This document shows, one piece after another, positions 17,997-28,549 of a stretch of 30,939 bases of DNA (position 1 is its first letter; each line of letters starts with the position of its first letter). Position numbers and translations under genes: made by a program. The stretch lies in NCBI GenBank assembly GCA_000388065.2, contig KB932210.1; one strand, written 5' to 3'. The DNA comes from Fonticula alba ATCC 38817 (Eukaryota > Protista > Nucleariida). Below the pieces are notes generated by a model. It ran no database searches, was not told where the DNA came from, and worked only from the letters and a program-made list of their open reading frames with translations.

Positions 17997-20900
17997 GGTG
18001 GGCCCACCAGCAGCGGGCAACGTCAAAAGGCAACGCACCCACATCGGTCCCGCCCTCGGCATGCTCGCGCAGGGCCCGGAAAAAGGCCCGCTTGTCCCCG
18101 GCATGCAGGTCCTGGCTCAGGCGCACCACCCGGAAGTCCGGCCGGTCCACCGCCTCCGGCAATGCTGCCTCCAGGCACCGAGCCAGCGTGGACTTTCCAA
18201 TCTGCCAGCCCCGGTGTGGGAGAAGAAGTGGAGGGGAGGGGGGGGGGGGCGGAGAAGGGAACAGGAGAAACCCGAGGAAGAGAAGCAGACCGAGGAAAGA
18301 AGGGGAGGTTAGTCGCTGTTGTCGTCATCGCCGCTGCTGCTCTGGCCACCGCCAAGATGAGGGGAAGGGCGAGACCCGCCAAGGGCACACGCACCCCGGG
18401 GATGCCACAGAACATCACAATACACAGGGGGCGCCCGGCCGCGGCGCGCCGCGAGCTCCGGTCCTCGGCCGCCCGGGCCAGCGCCGCCGCCTGGGCCCCG
18501 GACAGCAGACCATTCCCACTCAAGTACGACATATGCTGGAGCCTGGCTCACAAGGGGGACGCCCGGTGGTCGGTGAGAATGGGCACGCCCTGGCCGCACG
18601 CGGGGGAAGAAGGGCAAACAAAAAAACACCGTGCTCCCTGGCACATGCGGCCAAACGCACAGGGCAAGCGGGTCACCCGCGACCGCGTGCACGAAGTCCT
18701 CGAAGTGGGTGGATACCTGCGTCGGGCCGGCCGTGCTGCACAGGTGCCGGACGGCCTGCCGGGCCACCTCGACATCGGCCTCCCCCGGGCCAACCGCCTC
18801 CGGGCACGTCAGCCAGGCTATCCTCTGCCGGGGGAGGCACGAAGGGGGAATGGCCCCGGCCGCCGCGGCGGCCGCGCCGCCCAGACGATCCAGGCCCCGC
18901 TCGAGCATGGCCCTGTAGTCCGGGAAGAAGGTGGCCATGCGCCCTGGAGGCGCCCTGGCCGCGACATCCGCCGGCCACGCCTGGTGGAGGGCCTTCACGT
19001 GCGCGCGCGCGCATACACACAGGCATGAGTCCACATGCACGCATGCCGTGCCAAAGAGGAAGAAGCCCCGGGCCAAAAAAAAAGAGAGAGGGAGAGCGCG
19101 CGGGAAAGACCCGCACATCAAGGCTACATACCTGTGCGTCGGCCACCTCCAGGCACAGGACACTCAGGTCGTGCAGCAGGAAGAGCGACTCATTCGAGGC
19201 CGGACGCAGGGGCGCCTGCCCGAGTGACAGAAGCAGCTTCCCGACCACCGTGGCCACATCGAAGGGCCGGACCACGGCCAGCAGCACGGCCGGACCCGGC
19301 TCGGGGCCGGGCCCGGCCGCTTGCGACAGGGCCACCAGGTCGCGCACCAGATCCGCCACACGGGCCGAAACATAGAGCCCGGACCGCGCCGGCGTCCTAC
19401 CGGAGGGGTCCAAAGGGCAAAGCGGGTCAGTGGGGGCACGAGAATGTGTCAGTGCCCCCCCTCGGCTCCGTCACCCGGCACGTCCGTAGACACATGTACA
19501 CGTAGGTAAATACATATATATGTAGGTACATACATAGATATGTAGATACATACATACACATATACAGCCACACAGCCACACAGCGACACACACACACATC
19601 GACACAGCCACACAGCCACACAGCCACACAGCCACACAGCCACACAGCCACACAGCCACACAGCCACACACAGCTTTGGATGCGGCAGAAAAGACTGCCA
19701 CACAGAAAGCAACACCCGATGAACATACCCCTCGGCGGCTAGCTGCTCGACCCCGCGCTCGGCGTATGCCGTGGCAAAGGGGACCGACGGGGCCGTGCAC
19801 AGCACCAGCCGCACGGGACGCGAGGCCTGGCCATGGGCCGCCTCAGCTTCCAGCGGCGATTCGTCGCTCAGCTGGCCGCACACCCGCGCGCGACGGAAAA
19901 AAGGAACAACAAGTCAATGCCCGAGCCGGCAGTGGACAATCGAAGGCCAGCCACACACACGTACCCCAGTCGCCTGGTAGAAGAGTCGCCGGAGCTGCAC
20001 CAGCGAGAGCACTCGCCGGGGCAGGGGCGGCCCCTCGCCCTCGGCAAAGCCGCGCGCCAGCCGAGCCCCCGCCAGCGCCACGTTCTCCGGCCGCCGGGCC
20101 TCCTCGCCCAGCGCCCCGCCGGCACTGGCCCGGTACCACCGGATGAAGGACTGCGGCCAGGACCACCGACCCCGAGGGCGGCCGAGACCAGGGGAGGGGG
20201 CGGGGGGGAGGCAGACAGGGAAAGCCGGCCACCAAAAGGGAAAGGAAGCAGAAGAAGAAGACCACACCCAAAGCCGCCACAACCGCCCCACCGGGCGAGG
20301 AGGAACCGGCACGCACCTGGATCAGCGGCGGGGCCCGGCGCAGGGCGGCCTGGCCGCGCGCCACGCCGCCCCCATCGCCGCACCCCGCCTGCAGCAGGTC
20401 CCGCGCGCGCTTCCACGCCACATAGTACCGGGACTTGACCTTGACCATGAAGCCGGCCGCGTCCTCCAGGACGAACCCCTCGATCGGGGCCTCCAGGCCC
20501 CGGGCCGCGGCCGCATCCGAGCCGGGATCCAGACACCCCGGCCGCAGCCCGGCCCCCGGGGCCAGGGCCACCCGCAGGCCATAGTCCTCGGCCGCCCGCC
20601 GGGAGAAGGCCACATACTCCGGCCAGGTGTGCAACGTCGCAAGCGGGGCCTTCACCCGCAGGCCGAAGGTCTCGCCGAAGCGCCGCGTCGCGTCGAACCC
20701 CGGCCGCAGCCCGGCCCACTCGCCCAGCGAATTCCCGATCAGGTCCAGCAGCACCACATGGCCCTCGGACAGCCCGGCCGCCGCATAGGCGTCCGTCTCA
20801 TAGTCGATGATGTGCGGGTCCCGCTGGGGGTCGACCACCTCGAAGACCGCCGAGCAGCCGAGCGCCGCCAGCTGTCGCGTATACTCGGCCTGCTTGTGTG

Positions 20901-22114
20901 TGTGTGTGTGTGTGCGTGCGCGCGCGCGGCCCCGGCGGTCCATGGCCCCCCACGGCGGAAGGCAGCCCCCCCGGCCGCGACCGAGCCGGCCCCAGCACCA
21001 CCGAGCCACCCGCGCCGGCAACCGGCCGCAACGGGACACACAAGCGCCAGGACCCCAGCCGGGCGACAACCAAACGGAGGGACCGTCAGCGCCCCAATCC
21101 AAGAGGGCAACACCGCCGGAGGCCACCGGACCGGCAAGCAAAAGGCGAGACACAAACAGCCGGAGAGACAACGGACCAGGCTCCGGCCGGCGCGTAGCAG
21201 CGCGCGGTGCAGCAATTCGCGAAAGCGCTCGGCAAACGGCCCCACCGTGGTGGACTTGCTGGTGGTCTCCAGGAAGAAGGGCTCCTCCGGCGGCTGGGCA
21301 TCCGCCCCGTCGGCCACCAGCGGCGCCTGGCCGGCCGCCCGGGCCAGGGCCCGATCCGCGGCTTCCAGCTCGGCGACCGATGCCAGCCCGGCCGCATCCA
21401 CCGGCCGGCTCACCGCGAAGGACACCCCCAGGAAGCCGTTGGCCTTCTCGAACACGCGGCAGGGGAAGCGCAGCCGGGCCTCCAGCGCGGCCGTGCGCAT
21501 GAACGGCACCCGCGCCTCATTCTCATAGAAGAACTTGGCGTACCCGCGCCCGGCCACCACAAGCGGCCCGGCCGCCACCGGGGCGCCGTCGCCGGCCGGC
21601 CCCCCGGCCAGGGCGGCCTTCAGCCGCCGCTGTTGGGCCTGGTGCCGGGCGCGGTCCTTGCCGCCCTGCCCGGGCCCCGGGACCCCCTCGTCGTCGTCGT
21701 CGTCGTCGTCGTCGCCATCGTCGCCATCGTCACCGGCGGCCGGGTCTGGGTCCGCATGCCCGGCGGGCCCGCGCAGGAAGAGCCCCCGCGCGCGCACGCT
21801 GTCGTCATCGAACCGCGCGTCATAGAAGGCCTGGTCGGAGATGTTGGCGCTGAACAGCCCGCGCGGCAGGCGCTTCACCGACACATCCGGATGGGCCACA
21901 ATGCGCCGGGCCACCAGGGCATCCGTGTCGTGCTCGGGCGCGACCGGCTCCCGGGCCGGGCGCTTGGCGTCCGGTGCGTCGTCGGCATCCTCGGCCGCTG
22001 GGCCGGCCGGCGGGGGGGGGGGGGAACGAAAGTCAACAGCCCGAGTCAAGGCCACGGTGGTTTGGTCGAGGGAGGCAGGTCGGGCGCACCGCGCTTAGTC
22101 GGGAGGCTACTCAT
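16567..22114 (-). CDS. TRL1: Trifunctional RNA repair/tRNA ligase (Trl1-like): adenylyltransferase ligase, extra domain, polynucleotide kinase, 2H cyclic phosphodiesterase; ~1322 aa
   Basis: Exons 22114-22090, 21997-21177, 20889-20317, 20150-19965, 19871-19729, 19396-19132, 18992(or 18980)-18661, 18542-18395, 18201-18039, 17879-16567 total 3969 nt, in frame. Ligase motifs: RARGLF, RGYAKFF, motif I EKANG, FEVVDP..DPHIIDY, motif IV IEGFV, motif V MVKVK..YY..WK. Kinase: Walker A CGIPG|IGKST (split by an intron) and VVIVDRNN. CPD: LHVTLAF and PHITMA. The symbol reflects domain architecture; orthology is untested. Confidence 0.88.
19565..19674. repeat. 8-bp minisatellite (cagccaca)n, ~11 copies, intronic
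   Basis: Eight perfect units at 19605-19668 plus upstream copies, inside intron 19397-19728. Confidence 0.92.
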
Positions 22115-22803
22115 CCCGAAGGGGGGGGGAGGGGGGGGGGGCAAATGCAAGCGGGCGCAGGGGGGAAAAGAAAAAAGCAAACACGAGCCCGCGGCCAAGA
22201 GGGAGCCGGAGACAAGGGGGGGGGGCGGGGCGAATGGAACGCGCGCGCGGGGGCAACAAGATGCAGGGGAGACATGGGGGAGGGGACGCGCGCGGCCGGC
22301 GGGCATACTGGCGCCGCTTCTACGAGGCCCGGCGCCCGGTGCGGCGACACCGGCCCCGGGGCAGATCGCGTCGCCTGCCCCCAAGCCCGCATGCTTGGGC
22401 CGACGCGGGCGCGCGCCGGCACCCCATGCCAAGTCCCCACGCACGGCACTTTGCCCCAGCCCTCCCGGCCGGCGGGGACACACGCCCCCCCAGCCAACGG
22501 GGAGGGCGGACGGCGCTCCCCGGCCTCGCGCCCCGCGGCCCTTTGCGCGACCACCCCCCCCCCCCCCCCTTGGTGCTCAGACGCCAGGACGAGCTCACCA
22601 TTTTTTATTGCTGCTGTTGGGGCCTGCCGCCGGGGCCGGACGCACGCGCGTGCGCCTGGCAGCGGCGGGGCCCGGGCAGGCCCCCGAGATGCGGGGATCA
22701 TCACCCCTCATCACAAGCCTGCGCCTGGTTGCGCGCCTCTCCCCTCTCCGGGGAGGCGCGCATGTGCTCACAACACACACACACATACATACACACTCTC
22801 AGA

Positions 22804-24133
22804 TCACTTCTTCTTGCTGGCTGCCGCCGGGGCACGACGCGTGCTGCGCCGCGGGGACTCGGCGGGCTTGGTGGCGGCCGCCGCGGCCGCGGCGGCCGCC
22901 CGCGTGCTCGTCCGCGTCTTCTTGCCCTCCTCGGCGGCCGGCGCCGCCGGCGTGGCGCGCTTCTTGGTGGTGGCCTTGGCCGCGCGGGTGACCGGCGAGG
23001 CGGCCGGCGAGGCGGGCAACTCGGCCGCCGCCTTGGCCTTGCTCGCGGCCGTCTTGGCCTTGCTCGCGGCCGGCGGGGCCTTGCTCGCGGCTGTCTTGGC
23101 CTTGCTCGCGGCTGTCTTGGCCTTGCTCGCGGCCGGCGGGGCCTTGCTCGCGGCCGGCTCACCCGCCACCGGGACCGACTTGCCGCCCTCGCGCCGGTGC
23201 TGGTGCAACACCACCCCCTCGGACATCTCCTCGATCAGGTCCGAGGAGGGTGGCGTCGAGGGGGATGACACGCCCCAGGCCCCGTCGGTGGCCGACGAGG
23301 CGCCCGGCGTGGTGCTCGGCACATCGGCCACCACCCCGGCCGCGGGCGAGTGACCGTGGTGTTGTTGCGGCTGCCGCTGCTGGGCATTGGCTCGGGCGCC
23401 GAAGCGCCCGGCCGCCGGCGCCCCCGGCACCGCGCCGCCCTGGTCACTGGCCGTCGACAGGGAGGACGACACATCGGCCTCGAAGCCGGATGGCCGGGCC
23501 GTCGTCGCCGCCGCCGCCGCCGCCGGCTGCCGCGGCGACACCGGCGGCGACACCTGGAAAGTGGTCACCGTGCCGGTGAACCCGGCCCCCGGGCTCATCA
23601 TGGCCAGGGGGGCGGCCGCCGTCGTGACCGCGGTCACATTCACCGGCGGCGGCGGCGACGACGACAGGGTCTCGCCGGCATCCGGCCCCCGGTGCGGGTG
23701 GTGGTGGTGGTGGTGGTGCTGCAGGTCCAGCCCGGCGGCCGCCGCATTGTCCGACACATCGGCCAGCTCGCCGGCCACCGACAGGCGCCGGCGCTTGAAG
23801 TTCCCGGTGTTGACGCTGGTCGGCGACCCGGGCGACAGGCCCGGGCCCGAGGCCACCGACCGCGGGCTCAGCGGCACCGGCGACGCGCGCGGGCTCGTCA
23901 CCGGCGACCGGCCATCGGTCGTGATGGGCCCCTTGCCGGCGCCGGTGGCCCGGACCGGGCGCGGGTCGAACCCCAGCCCCGGCGTGGTCCGCGCCGCCCC
24001 GCCGGAGGGCGACGACCCGAAGCCGGCCGCCGGGGCCGCCGGGCCTGCCGCCGCCGTGTGCCCGGCCGCGAAGGGCTTCATGCTGACCGGCGACTGGCGC
24101 ATGGTCGGCGAGGACGAGTGCCAGGCGCCGCCA

Positions 24134-24167
<34 letters not shown>

Positions 24168-24523
24168 TCCGGGGCGACGAGGGGATCTCCACACGCACGC
24201 GGCTGCCCGCCGCGCCGCGCACCTCCACCGTCGCCTCGTCCAGCCGGTGGAAGCCACTCAGCGACCCGGGGGCCAGGGCCCCGGCCCGGAAGGAGGCCGG
24301 CGTGCCGAGCATCGCCCTCCAGAAGGCCGCCTCGGCCGCCCGCCGCGGGCACCGATCCAGCGACGCGGTGTACCGCAGGCGCCCGCGCACCCGGCACAGC
24401 AGGTCAATGTCCTGGGCATTGACCGCGGCCCAGCGCTGCTCCAGGACCGCCACCAGGCGCCGAGCGCGCTTCATGGTTTTCTGCTTATTGGCCCGGGCCG
24501 TCGTCCGGTCACACCGCCGTCGC

Positions 24524-24563
<40 letters not shown>

Positions 24564-26308
24564 CACGCGCGGGTTAGCACAGGCACCGGCACAAGCTCCC
24601 CCCAAGCGCATGCCCGGCTTCGGGGGCAGGCCCCCCCGCGCCCCCGGCCAAGACGCACCTCCTTGCCGGACACGGCGTCGGCCGCACGGACGGCCGCGCG
24701 GCCCGACTCGCTGTCCAGGAAGCGGGCCATGTCCGCGGCGGTCGGGCGCCCGGTGGCCGCGGCCACCTCCGCCAGCATGGCATGCACATCCACGCCCAGC
24801 AGGGCGAAGAAGCCGCACCAGGCGGTGACCGGCGTGCCGGCGGCGGCCCCGCGCGCCCGCTCGAACTTGGCGAACTTCGGCGCCATCCGATGGGCCAGGC
24901 AGTGGGCCAGGCGCAGGGCCGCCACCGACTCCGGCGCCAGCTCGGCATACGGCGTGCGCAGGGCCCGGACCAGGTCCTCCAGCCCCTGGCGCTGGGCCCG
25001 GCTGGTGGCCCCGCGCGTCAGCCGCCCGCACAGGGCCTTCAACTGGGCCACATGGCTCAGGGCCCGGGGGTCGCCGCCGCCGGAGCCGCCCTCCTCCAGG
25101 CGGTCCCCCTCGGCCAGCTCCAGCAGCGCCGCCTCGATGGCCTCCGGGGTGGAGTTCACCCGCGCGCGCCAGATCCCCGGCGGGGCCCGGCCCGCCAGCC
25201 GCGGCAGGTCCCCCCCCCACAGGGCCAGCAGCTGGGTCCAGATGGCATTCAGGCTCCGGGCCTGGTCCAGCGACCGGTAGTCCGGCCGCTCGGTCATGGC
25301 CACCGGCCGCGGGCCCCCATGCAACGGATGCCCGGCCGGCAGCAAATCATCGCACGGCCACTCCGGCCCGCGCGGCGACGCCACCCGGACCCCGGCCGTC
25401 GGGGTGGTCCCCGGCTGGGCCGGCCCGGCCGCCGGCCACCGGCCCCCGCCCAGATGCTCGTACACCCGCCGGCGGATGATCGGCAACAGCTGCGCATGGA
25501 AGTCCCCCAGGCAGAGGGCCGTGGCCACGTCGATCGGGCCCAGGCCGTGCGCCGGCCGCACCGGGTCCCGCGGCAGGCGGCCCACCAGCCGGGCCAGCGC
25601 CCGCGCCGCCGCCGCGTGCGCCAGCCAGTCGCCCGGCCGCTCGGCCACCAGCTGCGCCGCGGCCTCCTTGGCCCCGGCCAGGCCAAAGTGGAAGTCCCCG
25701 GCGCCCAGCTGCTCCAGGGCCTCGGCCTGCTCCGGCGACAGGCCGGCCGCCAGCGGCGACCCCGGCAGCCCGTCGGCCCGGCCGCCGGGCCCGCACCGCC
25801 GGTGCGCCGCCACCACCACATCCGCCAGGGTGTGCAGCATCCCGGCCCGCGCGTCCAAATAGTACATGGCCGTGGCGGCGGCCCGGTTGGCGCAGATGCC
25901 CCAGCTCCGGGCGGCACGCTGCCACCCGGCCGCATCGGCCACGGCCGCCGACACATCCGGCCCGGCCGGGCGCACCCGCACCGCATCCGGGTCGGCCCCC
26001 TCGGCCTCCGGGGCCGCCACGCTCCGGACCCCGGCCGCCAGGCCGCCCTCGGCCAGGCTCAGCGACGAGGGCGAGCACCCGGCCGCCGAGGCAAATTGCC
26101 GCTGCGCCTTCGGCGACCCGAGCGACCGGTAGTCCGGCCGCGGCGAGCTCGGCACCCCGTCCCCCTGCCGCGCCTCCTCCAGCACCAGGGCATCGAACCG
26201 GGCCAGCGCCCGGCGCATGGTCCCCAGCTCGGCCGGGGTCCAGCTGCTCAGGGCCCGGGCCAGGAGATCCTCCTCGGCCAGGTGGGCCCGGCCCTGGCGC
26301 GAGGGGCT

Positions 26309-26351
<43 letters not shown>

Positions 26352-27346
26352 TGCCACCCGTCGATGGCCGGCGGCTCGGTGCAGCACCCGGCCGACCACC
26401 ACCACGCGGCCCCCATGGCCCCGGGGGCGTCCACCCGCGACAGCCGCCCGGCCGTCAGGGCAAAGTGCGCGTCCCGCGCCGCCCGCCAATACGACACCGG
26501 CGCCAGCACGGTTTCCAGCTGCTCGGCCGAGCTCCGCCGGGCCATCTGCGCCACGCACATCCCCCGGCGGTGGGCGCTCCGCACCACCTCGGCCACGGCC
26601 CGCGCCTCGGCCGCCTCCTCGGCCGCCCCGGCCGCCTGCAACGACGCCGCATGCGCCTCCAGCTCCCGCGCGCTCATATTCACCCGGGAGAAGAACCGCG
26701 CCGCCACCAGGGCCGCGTCGCGGTCCGGCGTCAGGGCCGCCCCGGTGGCCGGCCCGCCGGCCGCCCGCGGCGACCAGGCCGCCGTCCCGGGCAGCGTCAC
26801 GCCGGTCGGGCTGCCCGGGCTGCCCGGGCTCCCGGGCGACTCCGGCGACTCCGGCGCCAGGCCCAGCCGCACCCGGTCCATGTAGGCCTCCAGGTGCCGG
26901 ACCAGGGCCCGGGCCTCGATGCGCCCGGCCCCCAGCGACCCGTCCGGGCTGCCGGGCCCCGGCGACGCCGGCCGCCCGGTCAGCCCCAGCAGCCGCAGGA
27001 TCCGCCGCTCCGGCAGCTCCTGCGGGTGGCGCCAGTGCCCGCTGGCGGCCGACTCGCCGGCCAGCAGGTGCGGCCCCTCGGCCGGGGCCTCATGCCGCGG
27101 GCCCCGGTACGGCGGGTGCGCCGGCCCGCCCGGCGCATGGGCCTGCGCCTCCGGCCCCTTGGACGTGCCGTTGGAGTTGGCCATCCGCCGCTCGAAGAGG
27201 GTCGGCGCCCGGGCCGGCGGCGGGATGCTGTGTGCGTGCGGGGTCACGCCGGCGCGCGCCTGCTCCGGCGTGGCGCCCTTGCCGGCCGGCGTGGCGCCGG
27301 CCGCCGCCGCGCCCATTTGGGCACGCCAGCCACTGTTCGGTGACAT
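22804..27346 (-). CDS. Large hypothetical protein (~1450 aa): helical core, Ser/Pro-rich region, histone-H1-like Lys/Ala tail
   Basis: Exons 27346-24659 and 24480-22804, joined by phase-0 intron 24481-24658 (GTGCGT..CAG). The start codon is uncertain (ATG 27346 or 27184; a possible upstream intron has donor GTAGGC near 27598). No family motif recognised. Confidence 0.7.
23036..23160. repeat. 21-bp coding tandem repeat x6 (AASKAKT/AASKAPP)
   Basis: Unit gccttgctcgcggc(c/t)g(tcttg/gcggg). Confidence 0.92.
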
Positions 27347-28143
27347 GGCTGCCGGCCCCGGTGGTCGACGGGCCGCCGGCGGGATCCGCCATAACCGGCG
27401 GGGTGGCACGGCCCCCGGGCGCAAGTGGGCAACGGTGTCAGCAGGGGGATGCACAATGGCCGCGGCCGGCCTCGGCGACCGATCCCCGGCCAAGGGCCGG
27501 GAGGAGGGGGGGGCCTCCGGGCCCGGCGCGCGGCAACAGGAGGGAGCGGCAAAAGGGGGAAAGGAAAAAAGAAAGGAAACCCGCCCCTGGCGCCTACCTT
27601 GACAGAGTGTGTTGCAAAAAAAAAGCAGAAAGGGTGAAAGATCGAAAGTAGCAGTGCTTGAAAGGGCGAGAAGGGAGGAAGGATGGGTGTGCATGGCGGG
27701 GCGCATGCCCCTGCGTGCGCTCGGCCAGGGTGCCTTCAATCCCCCCCCCCGGCCCTGCCCTCGGCCGGCCACGGCGGTCGCCATCGGGCGCGCACCTCCC
27801 CCCGCCCCTCCACCTGGCACGGGCGAACTCGCGCCCGGCCGCCAGCCGCGCCCCCTGCGCCTGGCCCGGCCCTCACCCACATCCGCCGCCGGCGGACGAG
27901 ATATGGCTGGTGTAGTTTGGGATCGGGGGGGGGGGGGGGGGGGGAACGGCAGGCAGGCCTCGCCCCCGCACGGCGCCGGGGATCCCACGGCCCCGGCCAA
28001 GAGATGGCCCCCGGCCACCAAAAGCGCGCCCTCGCGCAGGGATGCCAGGCGGATAAAAGAGGGCGGGGGAGCCGCACATCGGCGGGCTCGGCCCGGGCGC
28101 CGGGGCGACACACACGCGCGGAAAAGGCCCCCCGCCCCGCGGC

Positions 28144-28518
28144 TGGGCTAACACTTAGCTGGCATGCATTTCAACACACACCCATGGCGAGGCGATCCCC
28201 CCCCCCCCCCCAGACACACGCACCGGATTGGGTTAAAGGGGCGGGGTGTGGCCCGTGGTTGTGGGCTAATATGCCCGGCCATGCGCAAAGCCCCCCCAGG
28301 CCCCGGCCGGCTGGCCGCATCATGCCCCAGCACCCCCCCCCCGGCCGCAGGCGCATGACGTCGGCGCCAGGCAGCTCTTCGCGGGTCCCTACAGTCCACC
28401 GCGCGCGCGCGCACGCACACCCCCGCGCGCGCCCCCCCCCCCAGGGAGCCCGGCGGGGGGCCGGAACCGGGGCACCGTGGGCAGACGGGCCGACCTGGCG
28501 GCATGTGCATTGGGTTAA
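28144..28518 (+). promoter_or_regulatory. Four copies of TGGGYTAA in the divergent intergenic region; putative cis-element
   Basis: tgggctaa at 28144, tgggttaa at 28229, tgggctaa at 28262, tgggttaa at 28511. Function is inferred only. Confidence 0.4.
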
Positions 28519-28549
28519 ATGGAGTTGTTTCACTGGCCTTCTTCGAGCG

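Noticed and set aside
3043-23160. Short tandem arrays (19, 18, 8 and 21 bp) as CRISPR-like arrays
   Set aside because: Head-to-tail repeats without unique spacers, in a eukaryotic context with no cas genes.
24782-27343. 853-aa + strand ORF
   Set aside because: Antisense shadow of the large - strand gene.
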